This document shows positions 23,850 through 33,052 of a DNA stretch of 64,000 nt, piece by piece. Numbering within the stretch: the stretch's first letter is position 1; each line of letters opens with the position of its first letter. This DNA comes from Patescibacteria group bacterium (GTDB taxonomy: Bacteria > Patescibacteriota > Patescibacteriia > Magasanikbacterales > GWA2-37-8): assembly GCA_041651015.1 (NCBI GenBank), contig JBAZKA010000002.1:137269-201268 (forward strand), written 5' to 3'. The position numbers and the translations under genes were made by a program. The notes under the pieces were generated by a model. It ran no database searches, had not been told where the DNA came from, and saw only the letters and a list, made by a program, of their open reading frames with translations.

Positions 23850-24206
23850 ATGGCCGAGAAGAAATCAGCGGTGCTGTGCCAGAGTTGTGGCATGGCGATG
23901 TATGATGCGGAGAACTTTGGTACCGATGCCCAGGGCAACCGGGTGAGTGATTACTGCCGGGACTGCTTCCGGAATGGAGGCTTCGTAGAGCCGGAGCTGA
24001 CCATGGAGGTCATGATCCAACGGCTTTCCGAAGGCATGTTCCGGTCGGAACAAGAACCGTCGATTAGAGACTCCATCGTTAATTTTATCGGCAGCCTCGA
24101 GCGGTGGCACGGAGAGCTTTGGACCCCTCCGCCATCGACTATTTCGGTCGTTGAAGACAACGAGGAAACGCCCGGAGGCTTGAGCTCGTCGTTCAGCCCA
24201 AGGTAG
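23850..24206 (+). CDS. hypothetical zinc-ribbon protein
   Basis: CQSCG...CRDCF motif. Confidence 0.4.
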   Translation: MAEKKSAVLCQSCGMAMYDAENFGTDAQGNRVSDYCRDCFRNGGFVEPELTMEVMIQRLSEGMFRSEQEPSIRDSIVNFIGSLERWHGELWTPPPSTISVVEDNEETPGGLSSSFSPR

Positions 24207-24440
24207 AGCCGCCGAACAAGAAAGAGAATGCCCCTCAAGGCGAACGCCTTCCTGATTTGTCTGTCTGCACCCGCCGATCTGTCTTTCGATTCTTTGCCGC
24301 GGAAAGGCAGTGGAGCTTGTTGTCTATACGATTCCGTCCATCGGGTTGACCGCGTTGAGCGGGATCTCGCGCACGACGTGCTCGACCGGGAGTTCTGGGG
24401 ATGACTCAGCCAAAGCTGCTATTGCAGTGTTGGACACATT

Positions 24441-24782
24441 GTGATAATCTACTTATTAGACGCTAAGTCTGTATTAATTAATGACATAACAATACTTATG
24501 GAAATACACGATCGATTTTCTGAGAATCCCGATGGGATTGATGTGGTTGGTTGTAATTCTTACTCAGATTACCAAGAACTCGCGGAGAAACTTGACAAGG
24601 AAGGATATGTTTTTGCACATAATATGCTAAAATCAGATGCAAAGCAATGGTTTGACAATAGTGGCATAAAGAAAGATAATGATGTGGTTTTTACAAGCGC
24701 CTTCTCTCGTCCGAATGAGATAAAATTGTACGGTGAGCCCGTGAAGGGCTACGTTGGAATTTGGTGCAGACAGGGTAAATAA
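24441..24782 (+). CDS. hypothetical protein (low GC)
   Basis: 113-aa ORF convergent with the cyclase-CSD gene. Confidence 0.35.
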   Translation: MIIYLLDAKSVLINDITILMEIHDRFSENPDGIDVVGCNSYSDYQELAEKLDKEGYVFAHNMLKSDAKQWFDNSGIKKDNDVVFTSAFSRPNEIKLYGEPVKGYVGIWCRQGK

Positions 24783-24821
24783 AACGAAGGATCAATCAGA
24801 GTATTTATTTGGCGATAGTAA

Positions 24822-25967
24822 TCATTGGATCTTTATCGGATAGTAACCAGCGGGACCTTTTTCATTTTTATCGATAGTAAAGTCGATGGTCATTCCACGT
24901 GACCACGCGATGGATTCGTCGAGTAGAATGAAGAATTTTTTGGTCCCCCCATCCTTCGTTTCACAAGATGCAAATCCGTAACCTTTTATAACTGTATCCA
25001 ATCTCCCTCTTAGAACTTCTCCAAATCTAATCACATAAGTAGCACGCCGACTTTTTCCTTTCGCAAGAGAAAGTGCAGGTATAAACCAGACTTCTTGGTC
25101 TACCTCTATTCCTAGTCCATTCTGAAACAAACAGTCTGGATTAAACCAGAAATCTTCATCTCCGGGGCCTGAGATGAAACCATAAGTATCTTTTAAGGAA
25201 GAAATGCGTCCCATTATCCACTCGATGTTTTCAGATTGATTTTCCCTGGGACTGATTTTAATCGATTCATCGTTTTGTTTCGATGGTGTATTGGCCAACA
25301 CAATGGTCTGGCCAAGACTCGTTTTTGTAATATAGGGTGTGCTGACTCCATATCTTTGGGCCGCCCACATTATTTCGTAATATCCAATAGGACGGGAGAA
25401 ACCTTTCGCTGTGACAAATTCCTCGTTGCCTTGGTAGTCGGAAACTTTTCGTTTAGGAGACACGTTTCTTCCGAGCCGGGATGAAATTCTATTCATCGCG
25501 GCAGCGGCTACTGTATCATTGTCGACAAAAACAGCGTTAGATTTTGCTGCACTGCAAAGACGAAAAGCCCTATCAGCTACTGTGCCTATATAGTCCTTGC
25601 TTCCTTCGGTTACATCAAATTCGATTACTTCACCATAAGACACACCAACCGAACAACTGCATGAAATCTGGTTTTGCTCCCTGGCAACTGCCATGGATTC
25701 CTGAATAAATATTGACCAGTTGATAGCTTCCGCCACATGATCCTCGGAAAAGACTGACATAGCACCATCACCAAGAAACTTTACTATTGTGCCTTTGTAC
25801 TCTTTGATGCTATTAAAAAGCAAATCGAAAAACCATGCATATTGTGTGAGCCATGTTGCTTCCGACTGTTGCTCTTTCATGCTCGTGGAATCGGTAAGAT
25901 CAACAGCGACTATTGTTTTCATAACTCTTGAATTTGGATCGCGAAAAGTTTCATGTAATGATGTCAT
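24822..25967 (-). CDS. class-III-nucleotidyl-cyclase-like domain fused to two cold-shock (CSD/OB) domains
   Basis: Cyclase-like VAVDLTDST, KFLGDGAM and GTVADRAFRL. Two CspA-like modules: DTYGFISGPGDEDFWFNPDCL...GIEVDQEVWF and IKGYGFASCETKDGGTKKFFILLDESI...TIDFTIDKNEKGPAG. GC ~40%. Confidence 0.55.
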   Translation of the reverse strand: MTSLHETFRDPNSRVMKTIVAVDLTDSTSMKEQQSEATWLTQYAWFFDLLFNSIKEYKGTIVKFLGDGAMSVFSEDHVAEAINWSIFIQESMAVAREQNQISCSCSVGVSYGEVIEFDVTEGSKDYIGTVADRAFRLCSAAKSNAVFVDNDTVAAAAMNRISSRLGRNVSPKRKVSDYQGNEEFVTAKGFSRPIGYYEIMWAAQRYGVSTPYITKTSLGQTIVLANTPSKQNDESIKISPRENQSENIEWIMGRISSLKDTYGFISGPGDEDFWFNPDCLFQNGLGIEVDQEVWFIPALSLAKGKSRRATYVIRFGEVLRGRLDTVIKGYGFASCETKDGGTKKFFILLDESIAWSRGMTIDFTIDKNEKGPAGYYPIKIQ

Positions 25968-26877
25968 GGACCCTCCTTTGGAATGATGTTGTCATTCAAT
26001 ATATAAACACGCGTACTAGTTTATCTCCTTCATTGGTGAAAACTTCCTTGGTGGTGCTCGAATGGAATTATGCGTTTGTTTTCTTTACAAGAATCCGTTC
26101 CTGTGGTGAGCCCCCGTTGGGGCACGGTGGAAAGGGCTCGCCCTTAACACACGTAGTTTCTTTACCGCAAAGTTTGCATCCGAATACGCCGGACTCAGGA
26201 ACGACTTGGACAGATTTGTACCCCATTTTGAACTCCTATGTTACCGACATCCCTAAAGCGGGATATTGGATAATTATCCACGCGAAAAATCGAAATAAAT
26301 CGATTGCTTCTAACAGGGAGGAAGAGGCAAGCTTCAGAAACTTCAACTAGGATGTGAAATGTAGTTCGTCTTGAGAAATATGTTTTTCCGCATGCAGATT
26401 TTCGGAAACCATATCCTTTCTTCCATTGTGGGAAATGCCACCACTGCAAAACACAGAACATAACGAAATTACCAAAAGGCAAACATCGGAATAATAATCG
26501 CACCTCGTGGGAGAAAATCAAGAGGTACAGGTGTGACAATGATAAGCTAAAAATCGTTATACGCATAAAAGACGAGGGCTAATAACGGAATACGAAAACA
26601 AACCTCTGGAAAAATGAGATACGCGATCAGTGTTCCTTCAGTTTTTGTGTCCGAATCGGAGTCGATATCGGTGTTGTCGTCCTCAACATGAAGAGCGATT
26701 TCACCCGTATTTTGTGGATGATCAATGTCTCGCTTCCGAGACGATCGCCCACTTCGGCATCGGCGACTGCCGCTGCGGCGATATTTTTCATTTCATCGTC
26801 ATCGCCCTTGCTCTCCACACCGGACGCGATCCAAAATCCGATCTGCATTTCCGGAAAGCGACCGCGGAGGGACTTCG

Positions 26878-27327
26878 ATGGATACCCAGATCCTTTCAAC
26901 CGAAGACATTGCGCTTCAGAGCATCGACGAGCTTCAAGACCGAATGGAGCGTATCACCCTGTCGTTTTACAAACGGATGTCCTCGATGTCCGAGTCCTCC
27001 CTTTCTCTCATCGCCTTCACCGCGCTTCGCTACATCCACGCGTACGGCCCCGCGACCGTCGGGAAAATATTCTCGGCCATCGCTCGCTCGCAGAGCACGA
27101 CCTCCGAGCTCCTCACGCGTTTACGCAAGCACGGCCTTGTTGAGCACAATAGGAACGACAAGGATGGCCGAGTGGTAAATATTCGCATCACAGGCAAAGG
27201 GCGGAGCGCTTTGGCGAGCGCCGAGGCCAAGCGCGACGAGGCCTGGCGCGATCTGCTCGGTCATCTCGATGAAAACGATCGGCAGACCTTGATCGCCGCG
27301 ATGCGGCAAATCTGCGCGATACTCTGA
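26878..27327 (+). CDS. MarR-family transcriptional regulator
   Basis: MarR-like wHTH (ATVGKIFSAIARSQSTTSELLTRLRKHGLVEHNRNDKDGRVVNIRITGKGR). ggaggg RBS with ATG at 26878. Confidence 0.6.
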   Translation: MDTQILSTEDIALQSIDELQDRMERITLSFYKRMSSMSESSLSLIAFTALRYIHAYGPATVGKIFSAIARSQSTTSELLTRLRKHGLVEHNRNDKDGRVVNIRITGKGRSALASAEAKRDEAWRDLLGHLDENDRQTLIAAMRQICAIL

Positions 27328-27338
27328 CCGGAGAACCG

Positions 27339-27692
27339 ATGAACAACATGAACCCTTCGACAAACACACCGGGGCAGGCTCCTCCCAAAAGAGGCGGCTA
27401 CGGACGTCTCGCGATAGTGTTGCTTTTACTTCTCATCGCGGTCTGCGGTATCGGCTATCTTTATCTGCGTATGACGCTCGCGGAATTCGAGCGCGACAAG
27501 GCCGTCGTAGAAAAGCAACTCGCTGACGCGCACGCCACGGCGAGCGCTGTTGATGCCAGATACAACGCGGCGATCGCCGCCTGCACCATGCAGGAACAGA
27601 CCTGCCGCGTCGAGCTCGACAAGTGCAAGCGCAGCATGCAGACGATGGTGGAGACGCCGCCAGCGCTTACACCGGCGCCGAGCGTCATGTAG
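27339..27692 (+). CDS. membrane-anchored hypothetical protein
   Basis: One TM helix (LAIVLLLLLIAVCGIGYLYL) with a coiled-coil-like tail. Confidence 0.4.
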   Translation: MNNMNPSTNTPGQAPPKRGGYGRLAIVLLLLLIAVCGIGYLYLRMTLAEFERDKAVVEKQLADAHATASAVDARYNAAIAACTMQEQTCRVELDKCKRSMQTMVETPPALTPAPSVM

Positions 27693-27750
27693 CGTACGGT
27701 CGCGGGTCTGTGTGTTCCGCAACGATGGTCATTTCATGGGGGCATCAGTG

Positions 27751-28038
27751 ATGCGTTTGACCAAGGCAGGCATCATCGAAAAAATTTTAAGAAAACGTCT
27801 CGCGGCCACGCAAGCAGCGGCCGCGGACTTCACTGACCTCATTTTCGAGATCATGAAGGAGACGCTCGCCCGAGGCGAAGGTTTGAAGCTGACGCGGTTC
27901 GGTAACTTCATGATCACAAAGAAGCGTGAACGGATCGCCAGAAATCCGCATACCGGCGAAGCGATGGTGATCGCCGCGAGGCGCGTGGTGGGATTCAAGG
28001 CAAGCACGCTACTGAAGAAAGACATTAATAAAGTATAA
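27751..28038 (+). CDS. HU/IHF-family DNA-binding protein
   Basis: MRLTKAGIIEKIL...GEGLKLTRFGNFMITKKRERIARNPHTGEAMVIAARRVVGFKAS shows the HU/IHF arm pattern. Confidence 0.65.
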   Translation: MRLTKAGIIEKILRKRLAATQAAAADFTDLIFEIMKETLARGEGLKLTRFGNFMITKKRERIARNPHTGEAMVIAARRVVGFKASTLLKKDINKV

Positions 28039-28301
28039 AGGTCCGGCGACTGTTTTATAGAACTAGAATTGATGCTGATTCAAGGCTGTCTATAACAAAA
28101 AAAGAATGATTTACCCAAATCCGCTCCTCATTAATTCTCGGTTTCTTTCCGCCAAATCTTCATGACTGTCAGAATCCGATTCCCGGTAATATATTGAATA
28201 TTCAAACAATTTCCGACATTTGTAACAAGTTGCGCTTGACAAGAATCATTCCGTTAATTATCTCATATTAAATTCAACCCCATTTATGGAGGAGAAAAAA
28301 G

Positions 28302-28760
28302 ATGAATCTGGAAGGTCAGAAGTATTCGAGCGAAATGGTTTCTCTTATGATCGAAGCTTTGGGCGGAGACGCTCAGGTGGAGAAGATCGTCAAACAGAAG
28401 CGCATCGCCGCCGTGGTGAAGGCGGGGACGACGGTCGGGGAAGCTTGCGACAAGGCGCAGGAAGAGGGTTGGCTCGACTGGTTCCGCGCCATGACCATGG
28501 GCGAGATGGCGGCAATGCTCGGCGGGAAAGGGTCATCCCAAAAGGCGTCCGGCACTCGGATGAACAAAGAGGAAGTAGTCGCCCTGTGCGGCAAGGTCAT
28601 CGCCTTCTTGCAGGGGAAACCGGGAACCAGGGTCGGTGAAATCTCCTCCGCCGTGGGGGCCGAATCCATCAAGGTCGCGGCCCAGCTCAGAAAACTGATC
28701 ACCGAAGGCAAGGTCAGGAGCGAGGGCGCGAAGATCAAGACGGTGTATTTTTTGAAGTAG
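28302..28760 (+). CDS. hypothetical protein, possible winged-helix DNA-binding C-terminus
   Basis: ggagg RBS. C-terminal LCGKVIAFLQGKPGTRVGEISSAVG...LRKLITEGKV. Confidence 0.4.
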   Translation: MNLEGQKYSSEMVSLMIEALGGDAQVEKIVKQKRIAAVVKAGTTVGEACDKAQEEGWLDWFRAMTMGEMAAMLGGKGSSQKASGTRMNKEEVVALCGKVIAFLQGKPGTRVGEISSAVGAESIKVAAQLRKLITEGKVRSEGAKIKTVYFLK

Positions 28761-28829
28761 ATAGCGGTTTTTCTTGGCCCTGGGAGTCACTCGCCTCCGT
28801 TTCTAATCGGCTACCGGCAACTACCACTC

Positions 28830-29597
28830 TTGCAATATCGCTTTCCGCATTTAAAGGGTACACGTGTACCTCTTGTGAATTCTGAAAATCGTCATACTAT
28901 GTCTACAGGTGATATTCTCATGCCCCAATTTACTACCCAATCATACCCATACGATGTTGAGGATCAAACAATTCTTGTTGTCGACGACGATGTCATGGTT
29001 CTGCAAATGATTCGCAGAACGCTGAATAACAGCGGGTTTGCCAATGTGTTGACAACCGCGGATGCAGCGACCGCACTGGTAATCATTGATGGCTGTCGTC
29101 CTGCCCTTGCGCTCGTGGATCTCGATCTCGGCCCAGACTCGCAAAACGGAATCGGCCTGATAAAACAGCTAAAGCCAAGTCCGGATGGGCCGATCCCTGT
29201 GGTTCTTTCCGGCAATAAAACGCAGGAGCAGTTTTTCAAGGCAGCACGTGCCGGAGCTGTCGACTATTTTGTCAAAGGACCGTGTATCGATCTCTCCAAA
29301 GAAGTGAGACGGCTGCTGAATGGAGAACGTGGTGTCACGAAAGAACGTTCTTTGCCCGAGATCGTTTCCGATCTTGGTTATCTGCGCTCTTTTGGCTTAA
29401 CAAGAAAAGAGATTGAAATTCTCACTGAGTTCGCCAATGGGTTTCCCAAGATAAGTGATCTGGCCAAACGCCAACAGCAACCGCCAATACAGGTGAGAAA
29501 GTATTTTTCAAGTATCTACGAGAAGCTCAACATAACCGATATTCACCAACTTATTCGCACACTGATGATTTGCGAATTTTTCAACAGAGATAACTGA
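28830..29597 (+). CDS. two-component response regulator, LuxR/FixJ-type HTH
   Basis: Receiver domain (ILVVDDD...ALVDLDLGPDS). C-terminal LuxR HTH (LTRKEIEILTEFANGF...KISDLAKRQ...VRKYFSSIYEKL). Real start probably 28899 or 28920. Confidence 0.65.
   Translation: MQYRFPHLKGTRVPLVNSENRHTMSTGDILMPQFTTQSYPYDVEDQTILVVDDDVMVLQMIRRTLNNSGFANVLTTADAATALVIIDGCRPALALVDLDLGPDSQNGIGLIKQLKPSPDGPIPVVLSGNKTQEQFFKAARAGAVDYFVKGPCIDLSKEVRRLLNGERGVTKERSLPEIVSDLGYLRSFGLTRKEIEILTEFANGFPKISDLAKRQQQPPIQVRKYFSSIYEKLNITDIHQLIRTLMICEFFNRDN
28857..28870. promoter_or_regulatory. perfect 14-bp palindrome GGTACACGTGTACC (operator-like)
   Basis: Lies ~30-60 bp upstream of the likely start of the response-regulator gene. Same motif family as sites at 32683, 32886, 36381 and 36592. 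Confidence 0.5.
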
Positions 29598-29684
29598 GTA
29601 ATCATTGAATATGTTTCGGTGATCCAATTTGAAAACATATTTACTCAACTTGGTGCAAGAAGAACTCGACGGAGGGATTAATCA

Positions 29685-31349
29685 ATGCATATCCATCAAT
29701 ATATTACAAATGGATATATCGCATTATTGTTGATTGTTTTAAATGCCTGTCAAGGCGTTCAACAAAACTACGGCCCGCATGACACCGAGACCAATGCGGA
29801 CGCGGCGCCGGACACCGACACTGATGCAGATGCCGACAGCGATGCGGACAGTGAATCCGAGACCGTCGATACGGACTTCACGAGCGAGGCGATCCCGACG
29901 ACGTGCGCCGAGGCGGCGGAGCAGCAGACGTCTGTTGGGTGCGAATTCTTCGCGGCGGATTTGGACAACGCCTCTCAGAACGACCACATGACCTACGCCA
30001 TCGTGGTCTCCAATCCGCAGGAAGTGCAAAGCGCCCAGATCACTCTATGGGACGGCACCGAGAGCGCCATCTACACGGCGACGCTGGCGCCCGGCGAGCT
30101 CCATGTCATCGACGTTGCGTGCGATTTGGGCTGTCTGGTGCCACCGCACGAAATCGACAAGCAGGGATTCTCTCGAGGGGCCGGTTTTCGCCTCGCCTCC
30201 GACGTCCCGATTCTCGTCTATCAATGGAATACCTACGGCATCGATGAGGCCAGCGTAGATGCCTCACTACTTTTACCGACCGTCAGCTTGGGCAGAAGCT
30301 ACATCGTCGCGGCGTGGGGACAGGGCAATAGCATCAACATGCCGACCAGTGTCTCCCAGGTCACAGTCGTCGCCATCGAGGACGATACGCACGTCTCGTT
30401 TATCCCCTCGACGGACGTTCCGGATTTCGGCGACGCGGGGCCGTACGGGGCGGGTGTGGAGACGGAGCCGGTGAGGCTCGACGCGTTCGACATAATCGCG
30501 CTCGGCCCAGCGATCTTGGATGATGACGTCACAGGCACCGTCGTTCGGTCGGATAAGCCGGTAGTCGTGTTCGGCGGGCACGCGTGCGCCACAGTGCCCG
30601 ATGTGTACTATCAGGCCTGCGATCACCTGGAGGAACAACTCTTCCCGTTGTCAGCGTGGGGAACGAGCTCTGTATTGGCGCGGCACGCTCCGCGCCAGAA
30701 CTGCATGTACGAGGATCTGGTCGTCTGGCGGGTCATTGCGGGTGCGGACGACATGGCCGTGACGTTCGACCCGCCGGCGCCCGATCCCGCGGGGAGCGCG
30801 TACTACTTTGAAAAGCAAGGTGACGTGCTCGAGTTCATGGCGTCGGACAACTATTACGCCGAGGGCCTGTTCGAGAGCCCCGCGGACCCGACCGAGCCCG
30901 AGGCACCGTTCCTCGCGTATCAGTTGATGACGGGCGCCGACTACCCTGACTGCTTCCTCAACGAAACGAGGAGGGAAGGCGACCCGATGATGCTCCAGGC
31001 CGCGCCGGCCTGGCAGTACTTGGACAGGTACGTGTTCAACACGGACAACGTGTTCGACTTCGCCTATGACCGCATCACCATTGTGAGACCCACGGGTGCG
31101 CACGTGGTGCTGGACTGCCTGGGGCTCATCCCGGACTCGCAGTTCACGGCGGTCGGCTCGAGCGGTTGGGAGGTCGCCTACGTCGTCATCGACGATCCCG
31201 ACAACACGACCGGTTGCGAGGACGGTGCGCACGTCCTCACGGCTTCGGCCCCCGTGGGCCTGTCCGTCGTGGGAACTGGCGATGGCGTGTCATACGGCTA
31301 TATGGGCGGCACGGGCGTGGCGCCGATCAACCCGGTGGTGGTGGAATAG
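29685..31349 (+). CDS. secreted lipoprotein, unknown function
   Basis: Lipobox LLLIVLNAC. Acidic D/T/S linker. 554 aa with no recognised catalytic motif. Confidence 0.5.
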   Translation: MHIHQYITNGYIALLLIVLNACQGVQQNYGPHDTETNADAAPDTDTDADADSDADSESETVDTDFTSEAIPTTCAEAAEQQTSVGCEFFAADLDNASQNDHMTYAIVVSNPQEVQSAQITLWDGTESAIYTATLAPGELHVIDVACDLGCLVPPHEIDKQGFSRGAGFRLASDVPILVYQWNTYGIDEASVDASLLLPTVSLGRSYIVAAWGQGNSINMPTSVSQVTVVAIEDDTHVSFIPSTDVPDFGDAGPYGAGVETEPVRLDAFDIIALGPAILDDDVTGTVVRSDKPVVVFGGHACATVPDVYYQACDHLEEQLFPLSAWGTSSVLARHAPRQNCMYEDLVVWRVIAGADDMAVTFDPPAPDPAGSAYYFEKQGDVLEFMASDNYYAEGLFESPADPTEPEAPFLAYQLMTGADYPDCFLNETRREGDPMMLQAAPAWQYLDRYVFNTDNVFDFAYDRITIVRPTGAHVVLDCLGLIPDSQFTAVGSSGWEVAYVVIDDPDNTTGCEDGAHVLTASAPVGLSVVGTGDGVSYGYMGGTGVAPINPVVVE

Positions 31350-31357
31350 CGGAGCGC

Positions 31358-31984
31358 CTATTGCTCCTCGGCATATTGTCCGGTAGCGTTGCGCCGGCGC
31401 ATCTCCTCAAGCGGAAGTTTGAAACCATCACGACCAAGCCACAAGTAAGATTTATAAGACCCATCCTGTTCATGCTCGCCTGTGAAGTAGTTCGATGCGC
31501 CTTCCCATGGCATGAAAGTAAGGTATCGCTGGTATTCCACAAACGCCTCAGTGGTAGCATGTTGATAGGTGATCTTGCACAGAGTTTTACCACAGGTAGA
31601 CTCAACAAACGCCGTGTCAATGAGTTTGTTTTCTACAATGAATCGCGCCGCGTCTTTGCTATACTGCGCGCCAGCGGGTTTGTCGACAGGCTCTTGGGAA
31701 AGCAGGGTATCCAGTTGGCCCGGCACTTCGGCCCACCCGGTCGTTTCCTCATCTAAAACTTTTTTTTGTGCAGCAGCAATCGCCACCAACTTCGCTTTTG
31801 TTTCCGAGATGCGTTTATCTTGATTGCTTTGTACCGTACCTTTGGGACGTTGTGGTGTGAAAATAGAATTATGTTGAACGCCAGTTGAATGCGATCTTGC
31901 CGAGTAGGGCAATGCCCTTGCTACGCAAATAGCAATTACAATGGCTATCGCTGCCATCAAGATCAGCAGGAATTTTTTTTTCAT
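31358..31984 (-). CDS. secreted protein, cassette member A1
   Basis: Signal peptide. Paralog of 34756..35391 (shared C-terminal Cys pair and GxxLPLxE...R tail). Confidence 0.5.
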   Translation of the reverse strand: MKKKFLLILMAAIAIVIAICVARALPYSARSHSTGVQHNSIFTPQRPKGTVQSNQDKRISETKAKLVAIAAAQKKVLDEETTGWAEVPGQLDTLLSQEPVDKPAGAQYSKDAARFIVENKLIDTAFVESTCGKTLCKITYQHATTEAFVEYQRYLTFMPWEGASNYFTGEHEQDGSYKSYLWLGRDGFKLPLEEMRRRNATGQYAEEQ

Positions 31985-32008
31985 GGGAATTGATGTTGTG
32001 TTTTACGA

Positions 32009-32548
32009 TTAGTCCATCCAGTATTCAATAACCTTCACGATCTGGGTACTGCCACTGTACGCAGAAGCACCGCAGCGCGCGACCTGATCATCATAAGTCC
32101 ATATCGAACCGCCATTGTAGGTTCTGCCCTGAATAATGTAATTTGCATCGGTGCACCTGAAACCATCGTTGCCTACTAATTGCGTTACATCTGCAGCCGT
32201 CCACGCTTCTTTCCAAATGTCGTAATTTTGAAAACTGTAGAGAGGAGAAGTTTCCCCGGAATCTAGCTCCATGCAGCAAGTCCAATTCACTCCGTATCCG
32301 TTCGCCGTGTCATGCCCGGTAGGCTGCCAACGTTCACAGGTTCCTATGCCGCTATAATCACATGGACTAATCGATTGATCGAGATCCCCCTCTGATGCCC
32401 ACCAAATCGAACCGGTAGTACAAACCTTTGTTCCTGCATCCTGAAGAAGACAGATGCGAAAGCTCCTGGCTTCCACTTTGAGCGCGCTAGCGTTGAGCGA
32501 GACGAGCATTAACCCTAGGGCCGCAGTCATGAGGAACAGTTTCTTCAT
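32009..32548 (-). CDS. secreted Cys-rich protein, cassette member B1
   Basis: Signal peptide ...SALKVEARSFRIC. Paralog of 35472..36095 (conserved IEYWMD/IEYRMDE C-terminus). Confidence 0.5.
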   Translation of the reverse strand: MKKLFLMTAALGLMLVSLNASALKVEARSFRICLLQDAGTKVCTTGSIWWASEGDLDQSISPCDYSGIGTCERWQPTGHDTANGYGVNWTCCMELDSGETSPLYSFQNYDIWKEAWTAADVTQLVGNDGFRCTDANYIIQGRTYNGGSIWTYDDQVARCGASAYSGSTQIVKVIEYWMD

Positions 32549-33052
32549 CTTGCACCTTCCATTTTTTGCCCGAGATGGGCGGTTGCGGTTTCGGTCGTGG
32601 AAACGTCCCGAAAGCCTTTCAGTGCTTTTTCATTAGAGCACCATCTACATCGTGCAACCATGCGAAGATGCCCGTCAACTCGTACAGGTGTACCCTCGCG
32701 AAGCGGTGCGAGTAGAAGGAGAAAAGCGGTGAGAATTTTGAAAATACATTGAATATCAGATAGATAGGAACGGGTCGATGAGTCTTCTCGGCCAAGTACT
32801 TCTGGTGGAAAAATCACGCGAGAAGAGGGAATAGCATCACCTCCTGACGGATAGAAACTGCGTAACTTGTTATATGTATTGACATTTTAGCGCCGGTACA
32901 GGTGTGCCTTTTTCTGTGACAAAATTTCCTAAAAAAAGCGATCCAATATCCCTCCAAGACAGCGACTGTGCACAGCGACCACTTTGCCAGAAACACCTTC
33001 TCGTCCCGACGCATTCACCAACTTGAATGCCCCTGTCGGCTGCGCAGCGTTG

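Noticed and set aside
25928-26566. ORFs 25928..26350+ and 26195..26566- downstream of the cyclase-CSD gene
   Set aside because: No RBS, odd composition, and they overlap the likely promoter region of the minus-strand gene. Not convincing as genes.
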